The position numbers and the translations under genes are program-made. Below, piece by piece: positions 39,301-52,413 of a DNA stretch of 64,000 nucleotides. A model generated the notes under the pieces. The model did not search any database. It saw only the letters and a program-made list of their open reading frames with translations, and was not told the origin of the DNA. Position 1 is the first letter of the stretch; each line of letters begins with the position of its first letter. Source of the DNA: Paragordius varius. Lineage: Eukaryota; Animalia; Nematomorpha. Location: positions 6,820,001-6,884,000 of the forward strand of contig OZ176051.1 in assembly GCA_964247055.1 (NCBI GenBank), given 5' to 3'.

Positions 39301-42300
39301 AATATTGGTAACACAATCAATCATATATTTTGCAATTGTTAAATAAAGATATATATATATGGGAAATGAGTTAAAAAAGTATGGTTGTTTATTGAAAAAA
39401 TATTTGTCTTTATATTTTAACGTTTTGTTTTAACATTCAAATTTTACTCTTTAAAATCATAATCAATTAATATTTTATAATAAATGTATGCATACTTGCC
39501 TATACATGGAGAGGGTTTAGATAACGTCTTGTTAAAAACGGATACCGTCATAACTTGGCTCTCTTTCATGTATAAATGAAAAATAAACCGCTCTCTCCAA
39601 TGCGGAACATCAGCATTGTATTTTACCTAAAGGATATAAAAAGATGCGTAATGTATATAAAATTAAATATGACATTTTTAAAAATTGATTTTTTAAAACA
39701 ATTTTAACTTCACAAAATATATAATTATAATTTTAAAAGCTTCGGAAGAAAAATTTTTTTCAGTATATATGAATATGTTGTACAAATTATGCCAAAATTT
39801 ATCGATATTATTATTTAAAAAAATTAAGAATTTGTCATCTATTAAAAAAAATCAACCAAAGAAATAAAATATTTATTATCCAAATAAAACTGTTACACAA
39901 CTCAATATACATTTTATAAAATGTATTAATTTATTATCGTATACTTTTGTTTTAGCGCGTTCAGGTCCAAGACTCATTTTACAATAAAGGTTAAATGGTG
40001 GGCAAGGGATAGTTGTCGCATTAAGTGTTGTGAGATCAGTAAGAGATGAGATTGATTTGATAGATTTCGTAGGATCATTGTCTTGAAATGGATCTAAGGT
40101 AGCTGAAATATCTTTTGCTGGGGTCAATGGTTTAAAATTTTTGCCCTCCAAAACTACAAACGTGAGTGTACTGGTCCATATAAGATTTACCATTTTACGT
40201 TGTGCTTGTCGTCTTAAACTAATTATTCGACTCTATTCATTTATTATTATATGGGAATTTAATAAAATTGAGTATAATTATTTTGTTGAACTTATAATTA
40301 AACGGTAATAATAAAAAATTATGGCTAAATTAAAAAGGCCATAGGGAATAATGAAATTTAAATTTAAATCTTTTTTTATATAAACGCAATTCCTTTTTTT
40401 GTGAAATGCAAACAAAAATAATTATTGTTAAACTCATAGGATATAGTATTTTTGCAAGTAATATAATATAAATAAAAATATAGACTTACATCCTTTTCAT
40501 CCAAAACATGCTGGGACAAAATAGTCGAAACATTGAGGTATCCGCCTATTTCATCTTTGCCGCGGTTATGACACTTTAATTCCAGTTGGTAGTGATAAGT
40601 TCTGAAAAAAATTATCGGATTAATTTAACAAAAATTAGATCGTTTGAGGCATTTTTTGATATTTTATGGCATCTTACAAAAATAAAAATACGGATAATAG
40701 TACCCGTGAAAGCGAAAAATCGGCAAAGGTATTAATGCCAGTCGAAATTTTTGCACAATTTTATAAAGGTTAAAATTAAACCATAACCCAAACCGAAAAT
40801 GTTAAACAAGAGGCAATGGTTGCTCGACTTCCAAAACCAATTTCTCATAAATTTATTTATGATAAGGCTAACCCTTAATCTTTATTAAAATGGCGGCTCT
40901 CTGCGAACTTGTTCGGATCGATGACTTCTTCTTTATTTCTAATTATCCTACTTTCATTGTTTGATTTCACAAAATATCTGATTCTTCCCTAAATTTCCAC
41001 ACAAAAGGCGGAATTGGGAAGTTATGTCAAAAACCGTCTTTTAAAAACTCCTGATAAATTGATCTTTTTCCCTTCATTGACAAAAATTAAATCTAATAGA
41101 AAACAATTTTTAATTGAGGATTGATTAAATTTACATTAAAATTTCTTAACGGCATTTCTTATTTTATACATACAATATTTCCCAAAAATTTATAAGAAAT
41201 AGCCCGACTGTTATATTTAAAAAGGATTTCAAAAGCTGATAATTTCAAAGTTCACACTATTAAATTTTTTATAGAAACTGAGAATATTTAATGAAGGCCG
41301 ATTATACCCTCAAAAGAAGAAAAGTGGTTATACCTATTTAGTTCTATGTTGGAACAATCAATACAGGCAGCTCCAATAAAATCATCCTGAGTAGTTCTGT
41401 CATAATCAAAAACCATAAATTTCACTTCATTGGCCTCTTCAATGGTTTCAATGGGTATGATTACTTTTTCATCCCAAATCGGGTTCAAATTTTCTTTTAT
41501 CGTTTTGGTTCGATAAACTGTAACTGTACCCAATTTGACTTTAACATATGGATCACTGGTCCCTGTTTATGTTACGTGTTTCAATAGTTTTTCAAAATAT
41601 ATACAATACATATGCTATATGTATATTACACTGCAAAAAAATATTTAACAAAATAATTTTTTTTCATGAGATAGCTTATGACCAGCGAATACAAGTCTGT
41701 TTTAAAACAAATTAATATTTTTATTGAGATTCGTACGGATTGTTGGTTGATATTCTCTTACTCTTAAATCCTATTTTGCATAAATTATATACTTTAAAAT
41801 TCCCACTCATGTAAGATTTCAAAATAAAACAGTATAATTTTTTTATACACTCATAAACCAAACAAAAAATGGAAATATAAAAACAATATTTTTTGGTTTT
41901 ATTTTAATATTTAAGTTTTTTTTACTGAATAAAATAAGAATGTTAAGATTTTAATAGTGAGTTTAGCTAGTAAATAATTAAAAAAAATATTTTAATATAG
42001 TTTCATTAAAAATTTTTGTCTTTTAAGTGTGTTAAAAGAAAACGTCATCTTTTGACTTGAGATTTTAGATACCTAGCTACATGATTTTAGGCTATTTATA
42101 TATTGGAAATACCTCATAAAATAATAATAAACCATAATATCTCAAATTTTATCATTATTTTTTGAATTATCTTTAATTTTTACCCGGATTTTCTTTCAAT
42201 ATTTCAAAAACTATGTCGTCAATAAAAAAACTGTTGCGGCAAATGAATTCGCTGATCATAAGCTATCTCATAAAAAAAATTTTGTTAAAAAAGTTAACCC

Positions 42301-43682
42301 TTTTTTTGTACACAGTGTTATATAATTGGATATATTTACTTAAATTACCTATAATATCTTTTATAGCAAGCTGTTCCCCGCTATTGATATTGATTGTCAA
42401 ATGATAAATGGTTAAACTTTGAGCCAATTCTTCTTGTTGGTGCTTCTCATCACAAACTTCTGTTGCGTCTTTCAAAAATGAAATGCAGACAAAACGTAAA
42501 AATATAAAGACAAATATTTTTCTTCAAAAGACAACCATACTTTTGAGACCTTAATTCCTAAAATTATTTACAATTACAAGTGTATAATAGATGATTGATT
42601 GTGATACCAATATATATTCTTTCAAAAAAAACAAGTTTAAAAAATACAGGGTCTTTTTGAAAAATAATTGTTTTATTATTTTCACGTCCGTATAATTTTA
42701 ATTTTTAATGCAATTTCAAACGTAAGACAACCCAAAATTATATTTTATTTTGAATATTATGGTTTATAAAAAAAATCAATAACTACATGATAATATTTCA
42801 AACTTTAATAATTCGTTTCTTACCTTTCGTAATGTGTATGGTATCGTAAAATTGCGTGTTTGTATTGGATACCTCTTTAAAATGGTTAACTTTAAACTCA
42901 TTTAAGTAATGTTGCCTGTCAGGTGTCATACTTCGAGGCCTTAAAGCTTGTTTTATCATTTCTTTTTCGTGTCGAATCCATTTTTTAATTGGATTTTTTG
43001 TTTCCCTTATAAATAATACATTTTCATAAATATTTTAATCATTTACTGTGAGCATTTCACACGATAAAAATAAAAGCATGACTGACGGGCTTAATTTTTA
43101 AATTAAAATTATAAAGTCATTCTAAATAATCTTTTTTTAACAATTAACGAAAAAGATTTTTGTTAATTTTATATGAGGATATGTAAATAATGTTAATTTT
43201 TATCTAACAATTTATTTAAAAAAAATATATAAATTATAAAATGTAATATTTAATGATTTCCGTTTGACCCATAAAATTTATCTAAAACCGTAAAGAATTT
43301 TAAAACGAAAAATATTTTTACAATTTTATGGAAAATCAAAATAAATTAGGTGAATACTTTTTGGATGATTTATTTGATAGGCGTAATTGGTCATTCCTTA
43401 ATATATTGTTGGCTTTGTTGGAGAGGGATGTGCGATAGGTATTTATAACATTTTTATCCGCATATACCAACGGATCGTCCGGTCCTTGTTCCATAATGTC
43501 AAAACTGTTTCTTTGAAGTACAAAGGGATATTATGAGCAAATTTTATAAGACATTAATCATTTGGAAAAATTAAAATTCGTTAAAACTAAATTAGGGAAA
43601 TGCGCGCGAAATATTTTTTGGCATATATATTATAAAATGCATTTCCACACATACCTATATACATATCCCATACGCTTGAATA

Positions 43683-43724
<42 letters not shown>

Positions 43725-46700
43725 GAGTGTTGTTAAATAAATGCATTTTTAATATTTTTTGGTATATAGGTAAGGTGACCAGATTTTTTGAAGGAAAAAG
43801 CAGGACAAATCTGAGATAGGGGGCATGGGGGGGGGGGGGGTACAACCAAAAATTTTTATACAAAAAATATAATGTAATATTTATTTATTTTTAACTTTAA
43901 AATATAAAAAAAATATTTTATTCCTTGGTATATTTTTTTATATGAGTGAATGCGTTTTAGCAGATTGTCATCATTTTTAAATTATTGTAGAAATCTTCAC
44001 AAGAATTTTTCAAATTATATTCAGATAAAATGGCTAAAGTTTCAACATTTAAATTTGATTTTTCCGATGTCCATACTTAATTTACTGTGAACGCGCTCAG
44101 TAGCAGCGTTGGTTCCAGGTAAAGATAGTGCAAATCCACAATTTTTAAATTATTATTGTATCGAACATAGTTTGTTTTAAAATGATGAAATATTTTCAAC
44201 CATTTTTTTTCTACTGTATGTTTTTCTGCTGTCCATAATTTAAGTTTTTCATTATGAATATATTTTTTAACTCATGATACTTCAGAAAAAAGATCATCTG
44301 AAAGATTACTTTTTGGGAGATGCAGATGTAATCAAATGATTTTTAAACATCGCACCAATTAAATTCTGGTTTTAACACTTCTTTTTGAAGAAAATACTGA
44401 TAGAAATTGTCTTAATTTAAATTTATGCTTCTATCCTAATAAAAATTATATAAATAAGCCAAAATATCTAGATAAAATTTCGTTGTGAAAAAAAATTCCA
44501 TGTCAAACTACTTCGACGCCATTTTTATTTTTCAAAAATTTTGCAAAATATTGTCTTTTATTTTAATGGCACAAAAGCTAATTTTTTATTTAAATTACAT
44601 CTAACATCGTTAAAAGCGGTTTATTTTGTATTATTTTTCAATTAAACATTGCACACATGTCACGGTGACTTAATTTTTTACCTTTGGGTTTTTCATTAAT
44701 ATAATTAATATCAAGTATTTTTAAATAAATTTTTTATATATATTTCGGTTTATTAATGTTTTATAAGTGTAAACTTTTGCCATGATTTCAATTCATTCCA
44801 TATTTTTTAATTTTAATTTTAAACAGGCCTGGGCCATCCAACTACCCCAATTTTAATCGAAGGACTAAAATGAATCTGTTGTATCCAAGTGTTAATGTTA
44901 TCCAATGAAAATGATCGATTTCAATGAATTGCACCGTCCAATCTTCCAAATAATCTTTACAGTTTTTATAAAACAGTTTTATATGGTACAGTACAGGATG
45001 GCGATTTATGTTTTTCTAAATTATTTATAGCGGAGGGTTAATGGTATAAAATTATTTTCTAACCATTCTTGACATTGGAATTTTAGGTTAATAACTTCAT
45101 TGGCTACTTCAATTGCCGAAATTTTGGCACTTTCTATCAATTTAATAACATTTTGAAAGAGAGAAGCTTGATTATGTAGGAACTCTAACCATATTTTTAT
45201 AGAATCACTTTCAAAAAGTTAAAATTGTAGGACAATTGTCCTGTGATAAAAAATAGGATTTTAAAGGATCATACATTCTTTCGAGAGCTGGCAGAAGAGC
45301 TAATCAACGAGTTTTACAATATCCAAGCATTATTTGATATTGAACTTCTGCTTTTTCACAGAATTCTTTAAGTGTTTCACCGCGCACCGTGTATATATAA
45401 AAATAGTATATTTTAACAAATAAATCCACATCTAAGGGTTAAAAATCAGCAGCTGTTTGAATAGCGTTATGTATATGAACTGCACACCCAACAAAATATT
45501 TTTTGTTCCCCTCCTTGCTTTTCCACCGAAGTTCGTATTGGTGTTGTCAGCGCAATATGCGATGATTTTGTCTTTTAAATTATTTTTTCCTAGAATATTC
45601 ATTATTGAAATAAATATTATGTCGAAAATTTCACCGGGTAGAGAAAAATCTAAAATTTTAATTTCTACTCCGGTTTCTGGATCAAAGTATCTTATTAAAG
45701 AGGAAAATAATTTTGTTTCCTTTGGGTTTGATGCATCAGAGTATAGCAATATGAAATTAATTTTCAGCAAAGCTTTTTGCATTTCAGAAAATGCATGTGG
45801 TGAAAGGGCATTGCATACAATGACTTCAGCCTTTTTACCGGCTCATGTTTATTGAATAAGTTAATACCCGTGAGGTACAATCCATATATCTAAAGGTATG
45901 ATTGCGATTAACGGTGTGAAAAGATAAAACTTCGGCTAGTGCCAAATTCTTTTCTTCCTCTCCAAAAGAATTTTAATAAAAATCGCTCATTTTGTAAGAT
46001 GATGCCGCCATATCTTAAAAATATTTATGTTTCTGTGTATCCATATGCTTTGTTATATCATGCTTGCCGCATGTGCTAGGGTGAATTCCCCCTCGCATAT
46101 AAGACATTTAACAAATGATTGATTCTTTTTCTTTTTGATAAAAGGAAATTCTTTCATTAATCATTGTTGAATTTACAACCTCTTTTTGTACTCATATTTA
46201 AAACTATATTAGTATAAAAAAATATTATATTACCTTAATTTTGTGGAGTAAACGTATAAACTACCGATTTGTGGTATTAATTTGTCTTTATAATGTTGGC
46301 AGTAGGAGTAGCAAGCAAAGTGTATAATCATATTATATGAATTCGAAAAAATAAATATTTTTAATTTAAAAAAAATTCATTTAAAATTGATATAGATTTT
46401 AAAGATAACAAATGATAAAAAATTTAATTAAACGGATAAAATTAAATGTATTAAAAAAATTTTTATATCGTGAAAAAGCGGGACATTTCAAAAACGTAGC
46501 GGAACGCGGGACAATGTGTGAAAAAGCGGGACTGTCCCGCCAAAAGCGAAACGTCTGGTCACCTTATATATAGGTATGAGCATATCTTAGCTATATCTTA
46601 ATGATCGATAATTTACCATATATATTCTGCCATATAAGTAAATAAAAAATATATGTGGTTTATTGTTTTGGTCTATAATAATGCATAAAAGTTAATTAAG

Positions 46701-49497
46701 TTTGGTCGAAATGGACTGAAAGATATTAATGATAATGTAATTAAGTGGTTATATTTATATCAAATTTAGAATGCCTCTTATTTATTCAAATAGACTATAA
46801 TCTTATAGAGTGAATGATGAGTTTTGAGCATCTGAAAATAAAGTGTGGAAACATCACATATACATAAAATGCAATACACTGAAATGGGCTAAACAGTTGA
46901 CTAAAATTACCTTCTAAATATCTTCTATATTTATTTTGTTTATATTAAATTTTTGGAATTTGCTAAGTAATTCATAATAAATTAATGATGATAAACTTAA
47001 TATTGCTATATTTAATTTATATTTATCTATATCATATGTTTTAACCAGAGCCTATAAAGTGAGCTCAAATATAAGTATTATATGTTTTTGTCTATATAGT
47101 GATAATAATAAATATATTTAGTATTTATACACCTATGACATAATTTTTCTGGTATTGTCATTTTAAGTGATATAACAACCTAGCTGGTTACATTATAAAA
47201 TAAATATACAAAAGTTGCATCCTTTAACTTAATTTAATTTTCCGAATCTTTTGAAAATAAGAATGATAGCCAGCTGTTTTAGCGTATTTTAATTTTTATA
47301 ATTATTCCGTTAGCATTTGACCCCACAAATTTGAGAGTTCGTTATCAACTTTATTTATTTATAAATTGCCAATTACAATACTCAGAACTATTAATAAAAT
47401 TGTGATAATTATGTAAAATAAAAAAATGACTGACTGCGATTAATATCCAATTGAAATATTTAACTTTGTATTCAAGGTAAATTATAGCATCTTAAAACTT
47501 ACATAGCATATATACCATTTGCGCTTCAAGAGTGTCCTTGAACACTTTAAGTTGGTCCTTGAACAGTTCAAGTTGGTCTTTTGGTCACAGTTCAAGTTGG
47601 TCCGAACAGTTCAAGTTGGTCCTTAAAATTTATATTTTCATTTAACGATAATTTTTGCATTTATTTTTTTATTTTATTATTTATTAACCTAATTTTCTTT
47701 ATTTATTATATATTTATTCATTTAAAAATAAGGAATTTAATTGAAAAACCACTTTTTTGTTTCAAACTATTTTTTTTTCAATTGAACAAAATTATTGACT
47801 TTTAAATGTTTTTAATAAAAAATTTTAATTAATAACCCAGAAAACTTATATATTTTTTCATTTCGTGTTAAAATCTTATAAATATCCAAAATTATTTTAA
47901 GAAATTAATAAAGATATACGGTTTTTCAAAGATTAAAAGTTGATATCAATTTAAAATTTATGTTAAATAATAGAAAATAGGTTAAAAACAATTAAATAGA
48001 TGAATTATTTACGATTTGATTGATAAAAGTTAAAAACAAAACAAAAAAGTCAAAGGACCAACTTGAAATGTTCAAGGACCAACTTGAAATGTTCAAGGAC
48101 CCAAGGACCATCTTGAAATTTTCAAGGACCAACTTGAAGTGTTCAAGGACACTCTTGAAGTGCAAATGGTATATCAGAGTTATTATATACTATATGAAAT
48201 AGCAGATTAACACGTCGTTTTTGTTAAAAACAAATTTAATAAATTACATAATTATTTAATTTTTTCGATAGTTAGAGTAAATATGAAATTAAATTTAAAT
48301 TCATGATTAATCTACATATTATGAGTTGATTGAATATACGGCAAATTCAAATCTAAAAGGGTATAAAATCGTTCTGATTCAATTTTAATTAAATTCAAGA
48401 AAAAATTCATAAATTTGCAGGAGAGGGTTTATAATTAAAATGCATCCATAATCATTGTAAAACGCCTATATAAAATTTGTATAATGTAAATTTATTATTA
48501 AGTCATATGAATCAATGTCTTAAAATATATATATGGTCGAATCAAATAATCTATATAATTCAATCTTGTTAATATGCTATAATTGTTTTAATACACTTTG
48601 TATTTTCTTAAATATATCTTAACGCTAAAAATACAACATTACAATAAAAAACCCCCAAAAAACCGAATAATAATATTTCGATATTGTTAATTTAATTAAA
48701 TACAAACAACATTACATATATATGTTTAAGACGGGACTATAGTCATATTAAGCGTATATAAGTATATACTATATATACAGTCATGTATCCTTTAATTATC
48801 AAAAATTTATTTTTTTCGTTAAATGAGTATAAATATTTGGTATAGAATGGAAAAACAAGGGCTCTTTTGTATTAACAATATCATATACATCAAAAAAGTA
48901 TAAGAATTACCATAGAGCTCTTGTTTTCACCATTTTACCATATATTTATACCTATTTAACGAAAAAATTTTTTTTTGATAAAATAAACGATACATGACTG
49001 TATATATATAAATATATACCTTTTTCCTTCAGTATTGTCGGGCAATGTGGGAAAATCTGTCATATCATTTATTATTTTAACATCTTGCTGTGGTGCATTT
49101 GGTTGTGGAGGCGTCAATCCATTTTCCATGGAGAATATGGGCCCTTGACTATTCATAATTATATCTTCATGGTGTTTTTTGCGATTATTTTGTAAATATT
49201 TTGTGATTGCATTCGCTTTTCTATGAGGCCTAGTGGATAGTCGTCTAACCAATCCACCCAAATGGCGTAACTCATCTGATGAAGATGAATAATCTGTGTT
49301 CAATGATTCTTGGGATATGTATTGCACATGGCCCTCTTTTAAATTGCCCAAGTCCAGCGGAAAATTATCCAAAGTTTTGAAGGAATCGACCAGAACAGAT
49401 TTTGAGGATTTTGCCTATCATAATGTTTATATATATAATTTTTTCATGTTCCCAAACATCTATAAACTGGAGTGTAAATACTCACTTCTAACACCAT
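33328..49497 (-). CDS. MCTP: Multiple C2 and transmembrane domain-containing protein (MCTP family), 1032 aa
   Basis: 22 phase-compatible exons: 49497-49486, 49414-49020, 43005-42824, 42468-42349, 41562-41334, 40601-40490, 40232-39945, 39626-39496, 38997-38790 (or 38760), 38708-38601, 38345-38291, 38261-38223, 38017-37915, 35990-35888, 35784-35683, 35618-35544, 35459-35337, 35256-35101, 34795-34733, 34596-34478, 33990-33783, 33495-33328 (TAA). Three C2 domains ([29 protein letters not shown]; [10 protein letters not shown]; [10 protein letters not shown]) precede the PRT_C-type TM region ([41 protein letters not shown]). The first two exons are less certain. Confidence 0.95.
36726..37545 (+). 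mobile_element. Decayed mariner transposase (Mos1/mauritiana-like)
   Basis: Frameshifted remnants [59 protein letters not shown]. It lies in an MCTP intron on the opposite strand; TIRs were not recognised. Confidence 0.85.
37546..37761. mobile_element. hAT-type MITE, 216 bp, inserted at the 3' end of the mariner ORF
   Basis: Imperfect TIRs CAGAGGCACAGCT / AGCTACTCCTCTG, near-perfect 8-bp TSD aatattat / aatattct, and GC-rich subterminal GGCCCC/GGCGCC motifs. Confidence 0.65.
43771..46566 (-). mobile_element. hAT DNA transposon (Tip100-like termini), 2796 bp, decayed transposase
   Basis: TIRs TAAGGTGACCAGA / TCTGGTCACCTTA with perfect 8-bp TSD TATATAGG. Minus-strand remnants [49 protein letters not shown] and [12 protein letters not shown]. 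Located in MCTP intron 43006-49019. Confidence 0.9.
44412..44690. repeat. Unclassified ~280-bp repeat nested in the hAT; second copy at 63718-64000
   Basis: Long shared blocks (ctatcctaataaaaattatataaat, ttccatgtcaaactacttcgacgccatttttatttt, cattgcacacatgtc). Confidence 0.8.
47513..48171. mobile_element. Foldback-like MITE, 659 bp, TA TSD
   Basis: TA|TACCATTTGCGCTTCAAGAGTGTCCTTGAACAC ... GTGTTCAAGGACACTCTTGAAGTGCAAATGGTA|TA. The arms are built from tandem units of about 21 bp (TTCAAGTTGGTCCTTGAACAC) around an AT-rich core. Confidence 0.9.
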
Positions 49498-51302
49498 TGC
49501 GTATCAATTTAAAAAGAGTATTTTAAAATAAATAACCGTCTAATTTCGAAAAACTTTAATGAAAATTTTGAATTTTTAATTAAAATAGTGTAAAGATAAA
49601 ATCATTTATCCACAGATATTTATACTAAAATAAAGATATCAAAAATTTAATTCAAGGCCATAAAAAACAATTTTAAAATTTGAGTAACAGATCTAGGCTG
49701 ACCATTTTATTAATTAATTCATCCCGTTGGTATAAAATATAATGATTTCGGCAATCACTATCAAGTGTTTTAAAATTAAAAATTATATTTGGTTGTAATT
49801 TAAAGGAGTGAGTGATATATTAAAATTTATTGAGTTTATTAACAAATGTAATAGAAATAATAACCTCTTCCAATAACCAGAGAATAAATTTATCCATAAA
49901 ATTAAATAAAATATAATATATAAAAAATATAAATCTAATCAAAAGTAAAATAAAAAATTCAAAACAGCTAAAAACAGTCACACTACATATGTTTTTGAGT
50001 ATTGTTAGAGATAAAAAATTTTAAACCCTCGGGCTATATATTTTTACGTGAGCTATATGTTTGTTTACATAAATAGATGTATAAAAATCAAAAAATATAA
50101 TAAATACCATTATTATGACAGTTCAGAATTTGAATTATATTTTTTAAATTTTGATCAAATATGAATTGTCGGTATAAATAACAAGGTAAATAAAATTATT
50201 ATATAGGAAATATGTAGTAATTATTATAATCTATGTATCAATTTGTTTTGTATCCTACGTACATAACAAAAAATTGGATGTAATAGAAATCAATAGTTTA
50301 ATATTTTTCATTTATATCTATGTAAATAAATACTACATGTATATATTTATCTTTCTAAATAGTATCAGCTTTGATGCAAACATTTATTATGATTTAGTAT
50401 GTTATATGCATATCTTTTAAAAATAATGCAAAAATTCTATACTTTGTCTCAAAATATGGGAACCAATCTAGAGTTAAAAAAGTTATAAAAAATTCTCTAT
50501 ACTTTATGCTTTATGAGTTAATTATGGATAATTTTAAGTTTCAGCTTAGAGTTTTTCGAAATCATCACATACGTTTAAATTAAATTATTGGGTGCATATG
50601 TCGTGATTTCAAATGATTCTTTTTGCAACGCTAAATTGCACACTGTTTTTTACCCTTTAAATTTTTATTTTATAGTTATGGGTCAAAACTGCAAGCAGAA
50701 AATAAAATAAAAATTAGTTACAGATTTACAGTAATATTCGGTTGTTTTTGTAGTAGTATAATTTTTTAATGGCTTAATCTAGTATAAACCTAAAAATTTT
50801 GTCAGGATCAATACCGTTTTTCAAGTTACGTTCTCAAATTCGATATTTAAAGGAGATTATATAACTGGAACAATAAAGATAGTTTCAAAATTTTAACCAT
50901 CAAGAATGGAATAAAAGTAGTTATAAAACTAATTAATATTATCCATTTTTTGCCGTAAAAATATTTTACTCGTTTAATAAAGAGATTCAATATTGGTTAT
51001 AAAGAAGGATTGTCCAACTTATACACACAAAATATTGAATAATTCATACAGCCTTTCCCATAAATAAATAGCTAAATTCTCCCTTCAACAATTAAAAGAC
51101 TTTTATAACCATTAATATTTCTTGTTACTACTGTATATCCCTAAACAACTATCTAAAACACGTTTTTGGATGTCTAAAATCTAACGCATTATTACATAGG
51201 CATATTGTTAACTTTATTTTTTGTATTTATATTATCATTATTATTTTTCTCAAAATCAAAGCACAATATAGTAATCTATATTATCCAAAAATTTTAACAT
51301 CA

Positions 51303-52203
51303 ATGGATCTGATGAAATTATGTATGTTGCAAAGTCAACCCGATTTGATCAAAGGAGCTAAACTGTTATTGAATCTTAAACATCAAACTTTCGAAAACTT
51401 ACTAGACTTAAACGATATATTTGGCGAAAATAATACTAATTTTACTAAAGATTTATATATTAAATCTTTGAAGAATGAAAGAAAAGTTTCGAATATGAAC
51501 CAATTGTCTGATAATTTAAATGTTGAATCATACAAACTTTGGACAAAAAATAATGATAGAAGTCGATTGATAAATAAAAATATTGAAATTCAATCCGCTA
51601 CTCAAGAATTGATTCCTGTCAAAGGTATATTTTATTTTAGCAATTTAAACATTTTTCAAATATAATTTAGCTGAAGGGTTGAAATCCGAACAAAACTTAT
51701 CTTTTACTAATATGCGATTCGTGTGTCCGATTAAATCCTGTACATATGAATTCGAGAAGAAAAATCATTTGGAATCTCACCTCCGAAGACATTTTGGTTT
51801 TATATTATATTATAATAGAAAAAAAATTGGAAATTTAAATAAAAAGCAAAAAACTATTTTTTGCTGCATAATTTGCATACAATTATATTAATATCATTCC
51901 GTTGTTCTCTATTAGTTTCTTTATTTAGGTAAATTAGGAAAACTTTAAAAAATTCTATTTGCAATTATAGGATTGAAGCCGTATGTTTGCTCACATAAAC
52001 CTTGCTGTACCATGGCGTTTTCCCGAAAAGATGAATTAATCCGACATTACAAATGTAAACATGAGCTTGACTCATCTAAAAATCTATCATGTCCTTTGTG
52101 TCCTAGAATGTTTGTGCGTCGTGACCATTTGATTAAACATGCTAAACGACATGTCAATTTCGAAAAATATATGATACCCAATGTAAGGAGCAAAACACCA
52201 TGA
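51303..52203 (+). CDS. Divergent Kruppel-like factor (three C2H2 fingers, KLF9/13/10/11-like), 226 aa
   Basis: Exons 51303-51624, 51671-51796 and 51971-52203 join in phase. Fingers are CPIKSC..KKNHLESHLRRH, CSHKPCC..RKDELIRHYKCKH and CPLC..RRDHLIKHAKRH, carrying the K..H / R.DE / R.DH contact residues of the KLF/Sp family. Confidence 0.85.
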
Positions 52204-52413
52204 ATAATATAACTGATATTGTATAAAGTTTTTAATTATGACATATACAAAATAATTACCAATATAAACAATTAAATTAAACATTGGATGTTATAAATGA
52301 TCAAATTGAAGTAGTAAACGCTAATATATAATTAATTTAACATTTCCCATAGTGTTAAAAGTCATCACGATCTAATTTATTTTTTGTTGGCATATAGAAG
52401 GTTAAGCAGGGTA

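Noticed and set aside
47521-48165. 21-bp tandem units as a CRISPR array or heat-shock elements
   Set aside because: There are no unique spacers, the context is eukaryotic, and the units form the inverted arms of a MITE. The GAA..TTC spacing is 3 nt, not the 2 nt of an HSE.
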